Below are positions 19,699 through 30,487 of a stretch of 63,644 bases of DNA, in pieces (the first letter of the stretch is position 1; every line of letters starts with the position of its first letter). The stretch spans positions 1 through 63,644 of the forward strand of contig JADGDK010000002.1 in the NCBI GenBank assembly GCA_016744895.1, in the 5' to 3' direction. Source of the DNA: Campylobacterales bacterium (GTDB lineage Bacteria; Campylobacterota; Campylobacteria; Campylobacterales; QNZT01). A program made the position numbers and the translations under genes. The notes beneath the pieces were generated by a model, which saw nothing but the letters and a program-made list of their open reading frames with translations, was not told the origin of the DNA and searched no databases.

Positions 19699-21084
19699 TT
19701 AATCCAAATTCTCCAGTGTAGGTGCATTTTCATCGCCTCGAATGAGTTTTGGTGTTATTACTATAATCAATTCACTCTTAGTATTCACTTTTTTCTTGCT
19801 TTTAAAAGCGTGCCCTAAGATCGGTATAGCGCTTAGTCCTGGTATTTTGGTAATTTTATCTTCACTTTTGTTTTGAATTAACCCACCTAGTAATATTTTT
19901 TTATTATTTTTTACTTTTACAACAGAAGAAAGTTGTTTAATTTTAATATCAGGAGCCATATTTGCATCGCCTGATTCATCTACATGTTCCTTGGAAATTT
20001 CACTAATTGTTGGATTAATCTTTAAAATAATGAAATCATCCTTTGTAATTTGTGGTACGATTGCTAAAGTAACACCAACAAATGTTGAGCCTATTTCAAA
20101 TTGAGGCTCAGATTGTACGACACCATTTGTAGTTGTTGTAGTGCTGCCTAGTGTATATTTATAGTTTTTTTCTTCCCCTACATTGATAACTGCTGGCTGA
20201 TTGTTAAGTGTTAATATTTTTGGGTTTGAAACGATATTGACATCACCTTGAGTTTTTAGAAAATCTACAAGACCAGCAATTGTAAAGTTGTATTTTGCGA
20301 GATATGTTGGATCTTTGAGTGTATTTAAAAGCCCACTCTCTTTAGATCCATCAGCAGTTCCGTTTAGTGTCGCTTCAAATTTACTCCAATCTATACCAAG
20401 AGTTTGATCAAGTGAATATGTAATCTCTATAATTTTAGCATCTATGATAATTTGTTTATGTAGTCTGTCTATGAGTGTATCAATATACGTTTGCATACGA
20501 TCTAGTTGCCTTTTAGTCCCCGTTACGGTAATTAAACCTGCATCTTGGTTGATTATAGTCTTATCAGAACTGTATGTATCACCATCTCTATTTAAAATAG
20601 TTTGCATTTCTATTTTAATTTCATCCCAAAATTTGAAGTTACTTGTTGAAGTAAGAGAAGTTGAACCATCCCCTGCATCATTAGATCCTGTTTGGATAGT
20701 TTTATTTGAGGCACTGCTTCTGTTTGTGAAGCTTACATAGTCAATAAAAAAAGTTTTAGTTTGAAGATGTGAAACTTTTAATACATTTTTATCACTAAGC
20801 GTATAGAAGAGATTGTTTTCTGTTAAAAGAAGATTTAAAATATCTTCAAGTGTAAAATCATTCACACTTAAATAACTGATCTTTTTGTTTACTAATTTTC
20901 GTGCATTATCATCAGCAAATATAAGACTCATCTTACATTCATTGGAAAGATTTTCTAAAACATTTAATATAGTTCCTGGTCTACTTTTAGTACTATTTAC
21001 TTTAAATGAGAAAAATTTACTTTGACAACTTGCCTGCAAATTCATACCCATAAATAAAATCAGAGCAATAACTAGTTTTCTCAC
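19699..21084 (-). CDS. mshL: Secretin, MSHA MshL/CtsD type
   Basis: FWDEIK, AGLITVTG, IDAKIIEI, GIDWSKF, SNPKILTLNNQPA, IPGLSAIPILG, SELIIVITP. Confidence 0.9.
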   Translation of the reverse strand: MRKLVIALILFMGMNLQASCQSKFFSFKVNSTKSRPGTILNVLENLSNECKMSLIFADDNARKLVNKKISYLSVNDFTLEDILNLLLTENNLFYTLSDKNVLKVSHLQTKTFFIDYVSFTNRSSASNKTIQTGSNDAGDGSTSLTSTSNFKFWDEIKIEMQTILNRDGDTYSSDKTIINQDAGLITVTGTKRQLDRMQTYIDTLIDRLHKQIIIDAKIIEITYSLDQTLGIDWSKFEATLNGTADGSKESGLLNTLKDPTYLAKYNFTIAGLVDFLKTQGDVNIVSNPKILTLNNQPAVINVGEEKNYKYTLGSTTTTTNGVVQSEPQFEIGSTFVGVTLAIVPQITKDDFIILKINPTISEISKEHVDESGDANMAPDIKIKQLSSVVKVKNNKKILLGGLIQNKSEDKITKIPGLSAIPILGHAFKSKKKVNTKSELIIVITPKLIRGDENAPTLENLD

Positions 21085-21512
21085 TTTATCTCCTCTTTTG
21101 TAACTAAAACCAGATTAGATTGTGGAAGTTTTAATGTTGTATATTTATTGTTTTTCTTTAAAACTACAATATCTTGATTTATTTTTATAATCCTATAATC
21201 GGCAAGTTTTTCATTCTCTTTATACCAGCTACCATTTATAAAGGCATTTTTGTTAAAAATCATACTTAGAACTGGACTTAAACTGTGCTTTGGTGCTTTT
21301 GATTGTTTAGTATTAGTTGCTTTTTTTGATAATGGAGCGTTAGCTTTTGATTGTTTGGTATTGAAAGGATCATATGATATTTTAATATCGCTTATTTCTT
21401 TACTGTTACTCTCAAAGATTACTTTTTGAAGTGTTTTATCAATACTCGCTACCAATTGGGCATCTGAGATTAGAAAAGAGACTGATACGCTTAACAATAA
21501 AAGTGCTTTCAT
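21081..21512 (-). CDS. MshK/PilP-like alignment protein
   Basis: Signal peptide, YDPF, AFINGSWYKE; directly upstream of secretin. Confidence 0.6.
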   Translation of the reverse strand: MKALLLLSVSVSFLISDAQLVASIDKTLQKVIFESNSKEISDIKISYDPFNTKQSKANAPLSKKATNTKQSKAPKHSLSPVLSMIFNKNAFINGSWYKENEKLADYRIIKINQDIVVLKKNNKYTTLKLPQSNLVLVTKEEIK

Positions 21513-22135
21513 ATGTTTACTCCATAAATTGTAAAGTTAAAGTGAAAGTCAATATTTTTAGAATCATCTTGTTTTTTCATTTTAATATTTTTTACATCTA
21601 CTAAAAATTGACGGTTTTCTATAAAATGGAGGTATTTTAGAGTATTACTGTATTTGCCACTTCCAATAATCTCCACATATTTTTTTGGAACTATATTTTT
21701 ATGTTTCTCTTGCATCTGCGAGTCACTATTTTTAATATGTTTGATTTTGATATTTAAGTTTAAAGATTGTTTTAGTATCTCATCAAGTGTTATTGTCCAT
21801 TGTTGTTCATTAAACTCTAAAACTTCCATGTTTGTAAGCTTTGCATAGAGATAATTTAAAGAGTCACGATCTTCTTCTACTTTTTCTTTTAGTGCTAAAA
21901 GGGTAGTTTCTGATTTCTTTATCTTTTTTTTGACTATTCTTGGTTGTTTTCTTTTTATATTTGATTGTAGTTTAGTGTTTTCACTTTCAAGCATTTCAAG
22001 CTCATCTTCTTGTATAGGAGTAAGATACATAAATACAATACCTCCGATAAGAATTATAGGCATCAGCAATATCATGATTTTTTGTGTTAGTTGAACTTTT
22101 TTTAAATATGATTCAAACTCTTCAAATAATTTCAT
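21509..22135 (-). CDS. PilO/MshJ-like alignment protein
   Basis: TM, coiled coil, GKYSNTLKYLHFIE motif. Confidence 0.7.
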   Translation of the reverse strand: MKLFEEFESYLKKVQLTQKIMILLMPIILIGGIVFMYLTPIQEDELEMLESENTKLQSNIKRKQPRIVKKKIKKSETTLLALKEKVEEDRDSLNYLYAKLTNMEVLEFNEQQWTITLDEILKQSLNLNIKIKHIKNSDSQMQEKHKNIVPKKYVEIIGSGKYSNTLKYLHFIENRQFLVDVKNIKMKKQDDSKNIDFHFNFTIYGVNI

Positions 22136-22138
22136 TTT

Positions 22139-23626
22139 TTACCTTTTTACTGTAACGATACTTTTATATACTTCATCATCACTAAGCGTTATTTCACCAG
22201 AAGTTACAGAGCTAAATCCAGCTTTTAAAAGATCTTGCATCAAAAGTGCAATAGTATCTCTTTTGTTTTGCTTTGAGGAAAGTTCTAAGTTGAGTGCATG
22301 ATCATCATTTTGTGTAATTTGATCAATTGAGAGTTGATAGCTTTTTAAAATTTTATTGATCTTTAAAAACATAGCTGTATATTTCGTATCTTTTGATTTG
22401 AGCTCTAAGAGAGCGTTAGCAATACTTTGGAGTGTTTGGAGTTTTTTAAAATCTTCTTGTTTCTCAGTTTCTACTTTTTTAATTTCATTATTGAGTTTTT
22501 TCAATTTAGTTTTTAATTTTTTAGAACTTTTACTAATGATTGCTTCTTGACTTCTAAGTAAGGTATTTGCTTCCTCTTTTGAATTGATTTCAAAATAAAG
22601 GTACGTAGGATAGATACTGAGTATCAATGCACTTAGTGCAGAAGCAAGGGCAAATTTTCCAACCTCACTTTTATAAAAAGCTTCTTTCTTGTGAAATATA
22701 GTCATATTATGGCTATTGTCACTAGCGGATAGTTTATCTTTTATGTAAGATGCTGTAATTGCATCAAGAGTATTAACACTTTCATTTTTTAAAAAGTTTA
22801 GTGGTAAAAACTCAGTACTTTCTATATATGGAAGTGCATATTCTGTTAGTGTTGGGACAAATGTATCACAACAACTAAAATAGAGTCTGTCTATTTGAGA
22901 AAAGTTATAAACATTACGGTTATGAAGACTTAAATTTTTAATTTTTGAAAAAAGTGCTTCAAATGTTTCAACAAGATACTCATGAAGATCGTACTGTAAC
23001 AGGTCATAACTGTTTTTATTTAACCCTTTTGTTGTAATTATCTCTTTTAGTTCATCAATGCTTAATGTGATTCTTCTACTCTCTAATTCAGTAATCATCT
23101 CATTTAAAGACTTGATACGTTTTGATGAGATATAGTGACCATCTTTGTATGATGCTGTAAATGCTTCATCCTCTGCAATATAGACAAAAATATCATTTTT
23201 TGGTTCTATTATTTTATTGGTATAGAGGGTTTGGTAAGTTAAAAAAGAGATAGCGATAAAGTCAATATGTTTGACTGTTTTCAATGTATTGTGATATGCT
23301 TGTGTAATAGCACTTTTATCTACTGCAAATGCTTCAAGAAGAACTTCACTTTCTGATACTTTATTTTTTTCAATATATGTAATTTGATATGTTTTAGTTG
23401 GATCTAATCCTATATCTTCATACATTTTGAGTTCAGTCTTTACGTGCAACTCTTGTGCAGACATATTGTTTGCAATTTTAAAACTATGTGAGACAATATC
23501 GCCATAGAGTAGTCTTGCTCCTATGGGGATTTTTCTGTTTTTTAGATTTGCTTCATTTTCAACAGTAGTAGTATAGGCAAATGTGTGACCATTTTGTAAA
23601 TTAATATAGTTGATAATGTTTGACAT
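22139..23626 (-). CDS. PilM-PilN fusion / MshI-like alignment protein
   Basis: Large cytoplasmic domain, single TM, coiled coil, ferredoxin-like C-terminus; operon position. Confidence 0.6.
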   Translation of the reverse strand: MSNIINYINLQNGHTFAYTTTVENEANLKNRKIPIGARLLYGDIVSHSFKIANNMSAQELHVKTELKMYEDIGLDPTKTYQITYIEKNKVSESEVLLEAFAVDKSAITQAYHNTLKTVKHIDFIAISFLTYQTLYTNKIIEPKNDIFVYIAEDEAFTASYKDGHYISSKRIKSLNEMITELESRRITLSIDELKEIITTKGLNKNSYDLLQYDLHEYLVETFEALFSKIKNLSLHNRNVYNFSQIDRLYFSCCDTFVPTLTEYALPYIESTEFLPLNFLKNESVNTLDAITASYIKDKLSASDNSHNMTIFHKKEAFYKSEVGKFALASALSALILSIYPTYLYFEINSKEEANTLLRSQEAIISKSSKKLKTKLKKLNNEIKKVETEKQEDFKKLQTLQSIANALLELKSKDTKYTAMFLKINKILKSYQLSIDQITQNDDHALNLELSSKQNKRDTIALLMQDLLKAGFSSVTSGEITLSDDEVYKSIVTVKR

Positions 23627-23629
23627 CTC

Positions 23630-24082
23630 TTACTCTCTCACTATGTTGCCAGAAAATGGCATGATTTTTATCGCTTTAGTATTATCTTTATAGGATATAT
23701 TAAATACTATCGGCATATTTGTAAAATTATTTACATTAAATGGTCTTCCCAGATTGTCAAAACAGATATTTAAATCATTTGGTGTAATTGTTGTTTGAGT
23801 GCTAATTTTGTAAGGGCTTGATTTGGCACTGTTTTTTTCATTTACATTGATACTATTTTTATTAATAAATATACATGTTGTATTATCAATAAATTGTTTA
23901 CTTTTGTAGTTAAAATTATCATACGATAAAGCATATATCTGTTGTTTTTTAATTTTTTGTATGATGAAATTTGTATCACCTAGAAGCTTATTATCAGGCA
24001 TGTTCATCTTCATCATAGAACCCAAAATACCTAATACGATTATGATAAAGATTAATTCAATCATAGAAAAAGCATGTTTCAT
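23630..24082 (-). CDS. Minor pilin (FimT/MshC-like)
   Basis: HA|FSMIELI; CFDNLGRP motif. Confidence 0.8.
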   Translation of the reverse strand: MKHAFSMIELIFIIIVLGILGSMMKMNMPDNKLLGDTNFIIQKIKKQQIYALSYDNFNYKSKQFIDNTTCIFINKNSINVNEKNSAKSSPYKISTQTTITPNDLNICFDNLGRPFNVNNFTNMPIVFNISYKDNTKAIKIMPFSGNIVRE

Positions 24083-24492
24083 AATCTTTGCATGCTCCTT
24101 CTTGTAAGTCTTACGGGGCGTTTGTTTTTAGGATGTGTGTTATTTGTTTCGACAATGATATTCATACTGACCATTCCATTGGAGTTTTCTGTATCAAGGT
24201 TGATACCGTATAGATAATAGGTTGTAAGATTTATATCTGCAGTAAATCGTTTATCATCTGAGATTACCGTGACTTCTTCAATTAAATTAGTGCCATTGTT
24301 ATGATCGTGAGTGCTAATGCCTAAGAGTGCTAATTCAATGGCACTATTCATAAAAAGTTCAGCTTGTTCTTTGATATAAAGATCTGCAGTTTGTTTACTT
24401 GTAATAGTTGCGTACTTCATGGCAATTGTCAAAAGACCAGAGAGAATTAGCATAAAAAAGATGACTTGAATCATTCCAAAACCATGACGCAT
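24079..24492 (-). CDS. Minor pilin lacking Glu5 (MshP/PilX-like)
   Basis: HG|FGMIQVI; QAELFMNSAIELAL helix. Confidence 0.7.
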   Translation of the reverse strand: MRHGFGMIQVIFFMLILSGLLTIAMKYATITSKQTADLYIKEQAELFMNSAIELALLGISTHDHNNGTNLIEEVTVISDDKRFTADINLTTYYLYGINLDTENSNGMVSMNIIVETNNTHPKNKRPVRLTRRSMQRL

Positions 24493-25358
24493 TAAAATAC
24501 CACCTTTTGTTTGGAAATTTGGACTTCTAAATCTTTTCCTTGTTTTCGTATAGATCGCTTTAAGGTGAGATTAAATTGTAAATTTCCTTCCACAAAATCA
24601 ACCTCAAAACCTTTGGCTTCACTAGAAAGGATTGTCATATCTGCATCATCACAAAATGTCTCACCTTTCCATGGATAATAGTTATAAAATAGTAATAGTG
24701 TCTCATCAGTTTGATATATAGGATCTACACATGTTGAAAGTGAACTATCATACTGTGCAATGGCATAAGCACTTTTAAGTAGATAATACTTTTCATAAAT
24801 TTGTGAAGGTGTGGTTGTAAGTCCTAATTTATTTCCAGTTGAACTACTATTAACCTCAAAAATTTTATTATGAGTATTACCATACCATCCAAACGAATCA
24901 TTAAAGTCAGTGCCATAAATGACACCACCCTCATCAAAACTTCCTGCAAAGATAAGTGCAGAACTGTTTAATTCAGAGCTATCTGGAGAAAAGATCATAT
25001 TTTTATCTTTATCTGACTTTGCAAAATCTATAAACCCACTATAATCTTCTGCTTTATATCTTTCAAAGTCAGTTCCAATCCACTCAAGAATGTTATAACT
25101 TTTACTCAAGTCGTAAATTGATTCAAATGTACCTGTTGTAGAGTCGTATCCGATAACTGTAGAGGGTACCCGATATGAGAGCAGTGCAGAGATTTGGTTT
25201 GAGATCAGCGTTGTGTCAAAAGAGAGTTCACTGATTGCTTTTGATTTGGCACTTTTAGTATAGAGTTGAGCTAAAGAGATATAGGTACCTCCAGCAAGAA
25301 TCCCCATGATGACAATTGTCATGATGAGTTCAACCATGGTAAAAGCAGATTTTTGCAT
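24492..25358 (-). CDS. Minor pilin (MshO/PilW-like)
   Basis: SA|FTMVELI; ATG at 25358 overlaps upstream TGA; LFYNYYPWKGE motif. Confidence 0.8.
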   Translation of the reverse strand: MQKSAFTMVELIMTIVIMGILAGGTYISLAQLYTKSAKSKAISELSFDTTLISNQISALLSYRVPSTVIGYDSTTGTFESIYDLSKSYNILEWIGTDFERYKAEDYSGFIDFAKSDKDKNMIFSPDSSELNSSALIFAGSFDEGGVIYGTDFNDSFGWYGNTHNKIFEVNSSSTGNKLGLTTTPSQIYEKYYLLKSAYAIAQYDSSLSTCVDPIYQTDETLLLFYNYYPWKGETFCDDADMTILSSEAKGFEVDFVEGNLQFNLTLKRSIRKQGKDLEVQISKQKVVF

Positions 25359-26005
25359 CACCATGCCTCACTATTTAATGTAATTTGTCCAATGTTGGCT
25401 GAGTAGTAGTAAAAAGAGGAGATGTTTTTATCTTTACCTCTGCCTCCTACATAGCCTACAACTGCTTTGAATTTTTTGATATTTGAGGTGTTAGTTTGTA
25501 TAGAGTTATCTAAGGCAATTGTCATTTTATTTCCAGTGACCGTAAAAATGGTATCGTTTAAATATTTTACCTCTGTATATATCTTATATTTTGTTTTGTC
25601 AGTTAAATTGACATCAATTGATGTACCATTAAAATCATCGATATCATTATAAGAGAGATAATCATCTTCATCCGTATCTGATCCGATGGCTGAAGCACTA
25701 AAAGACTCTTTACAGTTTCTTGTATTAGATCCTAAAAAACCACCTGCTCGTAAAAATGTAGAGGTACTGCACGGTATATTATTGTCATGAGTTTGTACGA
25801 TAGATATCGTTTCACTGTTATTCTCATCCCATGCAAGCATAGATGCGATATTGGTTAATGAAACTGCGTTAAAAAGTGCATCTTGTTTCATTGCAAATGC
25901 ATCACTTTTGTTTGTTGCAAAAATTATTTTTGGGATGACTGCAAAGATTCCAGCCATGATAACAATGGTAAAAATCAGCTCTATTAAGTTAAATCCACGT
26001 CTCAT
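25358..26005 (-). CDS. Minor pilin (MshD-like)
   Basis: RG|FNLIELI; AWDENN and YNDIDDFNG motifs; ends YYSANIG... Confidence 0.8.
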   Translation of the reverse strand: MRRGFNLIELIFTIVIMAGIFAVIPKIIFATNKSDAFAMKQDALFNAVSLTNIASMLAWDENNSETISIVQTHDNNIPCSTSTFLRAGGFLGSNTRNCKESFSASAIGSDTDEDDYLSYNDIDDFNGTSIDVNLTDKTKYKIYTEVKYLNDTIFTVTGNKMTIALDNSIQTNTSNIKKFKAVVGYVGGRGKDKNISSFYYYSANIGQITLNSEAW

Positions 26006-26045
26006 GATATAGGTTCATAGCACATTCTATTCCATGAAGATAAGA

Positions 26046-29000
26046 CTATCTCATAAGTTTGATAGCCTTTTTCTTGAGTTTGGAGTTAAAATCATTTTGA
26101 AAATTTGTACCGTTAAAATCTCCACTGCTAATACCAATAGTGTCATTTTCTGACTCAAATATATACTCAAAACATGGATGCGTACTACAATCAGTTGCTC
26201 CATCATAGTCACCATATCGGTTATACCATAACCAATCAGGTATGGTTAAATGATAAAATGCTTTGTAGGAACTGTCATGTGTATTGGTTAAGTCATAAGC
26301 AATATTTCCACTATTGGATGTCATGATATTTGTAGCTGAGGTAAATGTGTTGTTTACTGAAGCTATAGTTCTTTGCGTTTTGGGTGTTAATGTGATGGTA
26401 CTAAAGTCATCCTCTTTATTAATATACCAGTTTGAAGTAACTTGTTCAAAACCACTAAGAGGTGTAGGGCTATATAGCGCTACTAAAGTTTTACTAGAGA
26501 CTAAATCTTCACTGGTTTTAATATCCTCAGTAGCAACTTTTCCATAGTAAAAAGTTGCATTACCATCAAAAGTTTCTAGTTTGGCTCCTTTTACATCTAT
26601 ATCTACATGATCAGTAGCAGTGATATTGATATCGCTATTGCTACCATCAACTATAATAGGTACTTTTGTAACATTGTATTCTCGTCCAAAGTTAAATTTT
26701 CTATTGGCATAGGGGAGTGTTGCAACCCCTGTGTTAAAGTTTAAATCTTTAGTTTGACTTTCATTTATGTCAGCGGTAATGTTTGGAGTTGGCGTGACTG
26801 ATAAACCTAGTGTAAACTCTATATTATTTGCAAAATATTGAATTTGTGGATTTTGATAATTTGTCATAACCCCACCATCTTCTCCCAGTGCTGTGATTTT
26901 AAAACTAAGGTTCTTTAACTCTGCTCCCATTTGTGTCTCATCATCGGCATAATAAGTAAATGTTTTGTCATTATCATTGGTCATTGTAGGTGTTGCATCA
27001 AAAGCAATATCAAATCTATCGGGTATAAAAGTGAGATTTTGTTCTAAATAAATTGTCCTATCTTCTAAAGAGGTATCATCACTATCCACTATTGTCCATA
27101 AAGTGTCATTTAATTCCAGTCCAATTTTTCCAACATTGTTAAAGCTAAGATTTGTATTTGCTGTGATTCCATCAATAAAGTTAAAATCAACAGAAGGTGT
27201 AAATGTCCCATCCAACGCGGAACCATCACTATCGTCTCTAAAATATTTTTGACTCTGTAGTGTAACTAATGTATTAAAATTAATGGTTTGTGTAGAGCCA
27301 TTACTATTTACAGCTTTTGCTTGAAACGTATAGTTATGTTCTGCTGTTAGTTTTCCTGTAGGGATATTTTCAAGGATAAAAGTTTGAGGTCTGATAGAAA
27401 AGGTGTCACTAGAGTTTGATTCAAGCGTCTCATTTTCATAAATACCAGTAATTTTGACTTTGGCGCATCTAACAGCTTTATCATGTATGAAAGAGGTAGG
27501 ATTGAAACAACCGTTTGAATCAAGTGCGCTGTTTCCATTCCAAATCTGTGTGGTAGTATAAAGCGTACTACAAGTAGCATCACTGAAACTAAGCAGATCA
27601 AGTTGTGTGATATTGGCATCAGTAATAGTCGCATTGGTCTCTTTGTCTTTTGAAAGAACTGTAAAGTTTATAGCATCACCTGAAATCTTGGTAGTGATAT
27701 TATTGTCCCAATTAAAACAGCCGCCATTTTGATTGACAGCGTTGAATATGGCTTGTCCACATAAAGGGGTGTTACGTATAGTTCCATCATAGTTTTTTCC
27801 TGCTAATTCATTGGCATATATTGTTGTAATTTCACTAGTGCCAATTTCACCTTTGTAGATTTTAAATTCATCAAGATAACTTTTAAAGCGATAACCAGTA
27901 TTAGCACGCCAACCACCTATACGAGCATTGACATTAACAACGGCTCTTGTATTGTTAGGAGAACTACGAAGTTGTGAAAGTGTTTTTTGTACACCATCTA
28001 TATAAATTCTATTTGAATAGACATCTTCATTTGTAAAGACTGCCGCAATATGATGCCAACCATTTGCAAGTCCTATATTGCTAATACCATATATATCTCC
28101 ATTTGATGTGTTAAAACCAAAATCTCCACCTGTGATCCAGAGGTCATGCAGATTCCAGCCAAATGGCATGATACTATTTGTTCCATTCCAATACATCCAA
28201 AACATGACAGTATGTTTCCGATATTTATCCATAGAAACTGCTAATCCATTTACATCTATCGCTCCGCCATTCAGATGTAAGGCATGACCAATTACCTTTT
28301 CATCTTTTGTAATATTAGCAGTAGTACCAGTGATAGTTCCACTATTGTCTCCACCTATTGTGTCTATTATTTCATTTGGATTACCACTGTATTTACACTC
28401 ATCAAAACGATATTCTGCTAAGAGGGATGGAGGAGTACAGTCAATTTTGATACGATGTGAATCATCATAGTTTTTCATACTATTTTCTCGATTAAAGATA
28501 GCGTGTATTTGAGACGTTGTTAGCCTCTGCTGAAAGATTTTAAATTCATCTAGATACCCATCATAATCTTGTGAGGCATTAAATCTTCCTCCTACTGCAT
28601 CTTGCTCTTGACCAATGATAAGACCATTTAGATCAATATCAAGTGCTTGATCGGTCATATCCACGCATGTTCCCTCTTGCGTTCCATCGATATAGATACA
28701 ATTATTTGTACCTTCTCTTGTCCATACCAAATGATGCCATACATCATCAGCAATATTAGGAATAGTGATATTTTTAGAACTACCTTTAATATATGTTGAA
28801 AATTTTGTTCCGCCAAGCCAAAATATTAATTCATTATTTTGTCCAGAATTTGCGCCGGATAGAATTGATTGTTTCGCAGAGTTGGTTGTTTTTATCCATG
28901 TAGCGATAGAAAAATCTTGAATATTATGGAGAATGGTATTATCTATTGATATATAATCAGTAATACTACTAACTGTAAAATCTGCACTGTTGTTTACTAT

Positions 29001-30386
29001 TGAAAAATTATTGGTTGTGTTTAAATTGTTGGCAGAGGTATTAAAATCATTACCACTATGATCTTTTACCTCTCTTGTCGTACCATTCCAAAGACATGAA
29101 TCAAATCTATAATCTACAGTAGGATTCATGGAGCAATGAAAAAGATTTGTATTAGGTACTATAGTATAGCTACTATCTTCTGGTCTTTTCCAATAAAGGT
29201 AATAGCTGCCACTTCCGGTATAGTTTTGATGGTGAAACTCTAATTTATGATAGCCAGATTTTAGATAGATTGATCCATTGTATGTTTGGCAACTGCATGC
29301 TCCATGTCCACCATAATAACCTGTAACTACTTCATTTGCAACTTTAACTTCAATAGCATCATCTCCATCAACAGCAAACGTATAAATTCCATCAGTAGGC
29401 ACATTGATATATCCTTCAAAAATAGAAAGATAGTTTTCATTGCTTCCATATGGATTGTCACTACCGTTGATTGTATTTGCAACGCCACTTCCAAACCATT
29501 TATCTATTGTTTGATAAGTATCGATAAGTGTTTGATATTCTGTCTCATCGGCTGGGTAACTTCCTGATCCAGTTGTATCATAAGTTGAAAAGAGTAGTCC
29601 TGCACTCGGTGTACTACATGTTGGTGTGATAGGGTCATTACAGCCTGCTGTAGATCGAGGAGTATTGTCATAGTTGTTGTTACTGTTTTCGTAGTTGTAA
29701 ATATTTGATATTTCTGTATCAGATAAAGCTGTGTTAAAAAACTTTATTTCATCCATTTTAGAACCAATAGTTTGTCCTGTGTCATCATCTGTAGAGGTTC
29801 CAATAACTTCGACAGATCCTGTAGTAACGGCATTAACTCTATTATAATAATTTCCATTGACATAGAGATATGTATAGGAGCCATTTTTTACTAAAGTGAT
29901 ATGGTTCCATCCTGTTAAGTTATCAGGAAAATTTGTACTCCGATCAGATCTACTATTGCTATATACTCCCCATTTAAGATCTGAACTGCTATTTTTATGC
30001 ATAATATAACCCAAGTCACCTGTTCCACTAACTGATCCAAATACATAGACAAATTGTGTACCAACAAGCGTATGATTTTCAGGATCGAGTGGCAGGTGAA
30101 GCCAAAATGACATACTCCAGCTACTTCCTAAAGTTAGTTTATTTGTTGTAAACTGGATGTAACTTTGGTTATTAAGATTACCACAATGGTTAATTTTTCC
30201 GTCGGTGTCTATAGTAGCTGAGACTGATTCTCCATGATAAGAACCTATTGTATCTAGTACTTCATTTGCTGTACCATCCCAAATACATTCATCCATACGA
30301 TATTCTGCCACGAGTGCAGCTTGAAGTGACAGTGGAAAAATCATAAACAAAAAAAGTGTGAATAGTACGAATAAAGATTTTTTCAT
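26046..30386 (-). CDS. Large MshQ-like pilus tip adhesin: three LamG domains + PA14 + DUF6701-like C-terminus
   Basis: Signal peptide; three repeats starting (A/V)(E/D)YR(M/F)D.C and ending DE(I/F)K.F/Y...NYD; PA14 segment FEGYINVPTDGIYTFAVDGDD; SSDTFSIRP, FIPDRF, YYGK, PDWLWY. Confidence 0.85.
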   Translation of the reverse strand: MKKSLFVLFTLFLFMIFPLSLQAALVAEYRMDECIWDGTANEVLDTIGSYHGESVSATIDTDGKINHCGNLNNQSYIQFTTNKLTLGSSWSMSFWLHLPLDPENHTLVGTQFVYVFGSVSGTGDLGYIMHKNSSSDLKWGVYSNSRSDRSTNFPDNLTGWNHITLVKNGSYTYLYVNGNYYNRVNAVTTGSVEVIGTSTDDDTGQTIGSKMDEIKFFNTALSDTEISNIYNYENSNNNYDNTPRSTAGCNDPITPTCSTPSAGLLFSTYDTTGSGSYPADETEYQTLIDTYQTIDKWFGSGVANTINGSDNPYGSNENYLSIFEGYINVPTDGIYTFAVDGDDAIEVKVANEVVTGYYGGHGACSCQTYNGSIYLKSGYHKLEFHHQNYTGSGSYYLYWKRPEDSSYTIVPNTNLFHCSMNPTVDYRFDSCLWNGTTREVKDHSGNDFNTSANNLNTTNNFSIVNNSADFTVSSITDYISIDNTILHNIQDFSIATWIKTTNSAKQSILSGANSGQNNELIFWLGGTKFSTYIKGSSKNITIPNIADDVWHHLVWTREGTNNCIYIDGTQEGTCVDMTDQALDIDLNGLIIGQEQDAVGGRFNASQDYDGYLDEFKIFQQRLTTSQIHAIFNRENSMKNYDDSHRIKIDCTPPSLLAEYRFDECKYSGNPNEIIDTIGGDNSGTITGTTANITKDEKVIGHALHLNGGAIDVNGLAVSMDKYRKHTVMFWMYWNGTNSIMPFGWNLHDLWITGGDFGFNTSNGDIYGISNIGLANGWHHIAAVFTNEDVYSNRIYIDGVQKTLSQLRSSPNNTRAVVNVNARIGGWRANTGYRFKSYLDEFKIYKGEIGTSEITTIYANELAGKNYDGTIRNTPLCGQAIFNAVNQNGGCFNWDNNITTKISGDAINFTVLSKDKETNATITDANITQLDLLSFSDATCSTLYTTTQIWNGNSALDSNGCFNPTSFIHDKAVRCAKVKITGIYENETLESNSSDTFSIRPQTFILENIPTGKLTAEHNYTFQAKAVNSNGSTQTINFNTLVTLQSQKYFRDDSDGSALDGTFTPSVDFNFIDGITANTNLSFNNVGKIGLELNDTLWTIVDSDDTSLEDRTIYLEQNLTFIPDRFDIAFDATPTMTNDNDKTFTYYADDETQMGAELKNLSFKITALGEDGGVMTNYQNPQIQYFANNIEFTLGLSVTPTPNITADINESQTKDLNFNTGVATLPYANRKFNFGREYNVTKVPIIVDGSNSDINITATDHVDIDVKGAKLETFDGNATFYYGKVATEDIKTSEDLVSSKTLVALYSPTPLSGFEQVTSNWYINKEDDFSTITLTPKTQRTIASVNNTFTSATNIMTSNSGNIAYDLTNTHDSSYKAFYHLTIPDWLWYNRYGDYDGATDCSTHPCFEYIFESENDTIGISSGDFNGTNFQNDFNSKLKKKAIKLMR

Positions 30387-30487
30387 TTAATTTCCATTGT
30401 ATGATTTATAGTCCATAAAAAAGCACATTCCATACCATTTCAAGAACTTTTGCTAGAATACCCGCTAACTATAATATCGGAGCAATC

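Noticed and set aside
15289-23626. Interpretation as a classical type II secretion system
   Set aside because: MshL-type secretin, MshM/N-like genes, MshEN ATPase and MshQ-like adhesin fit an MSHA-type pilus better; no GspC/L/M recognised
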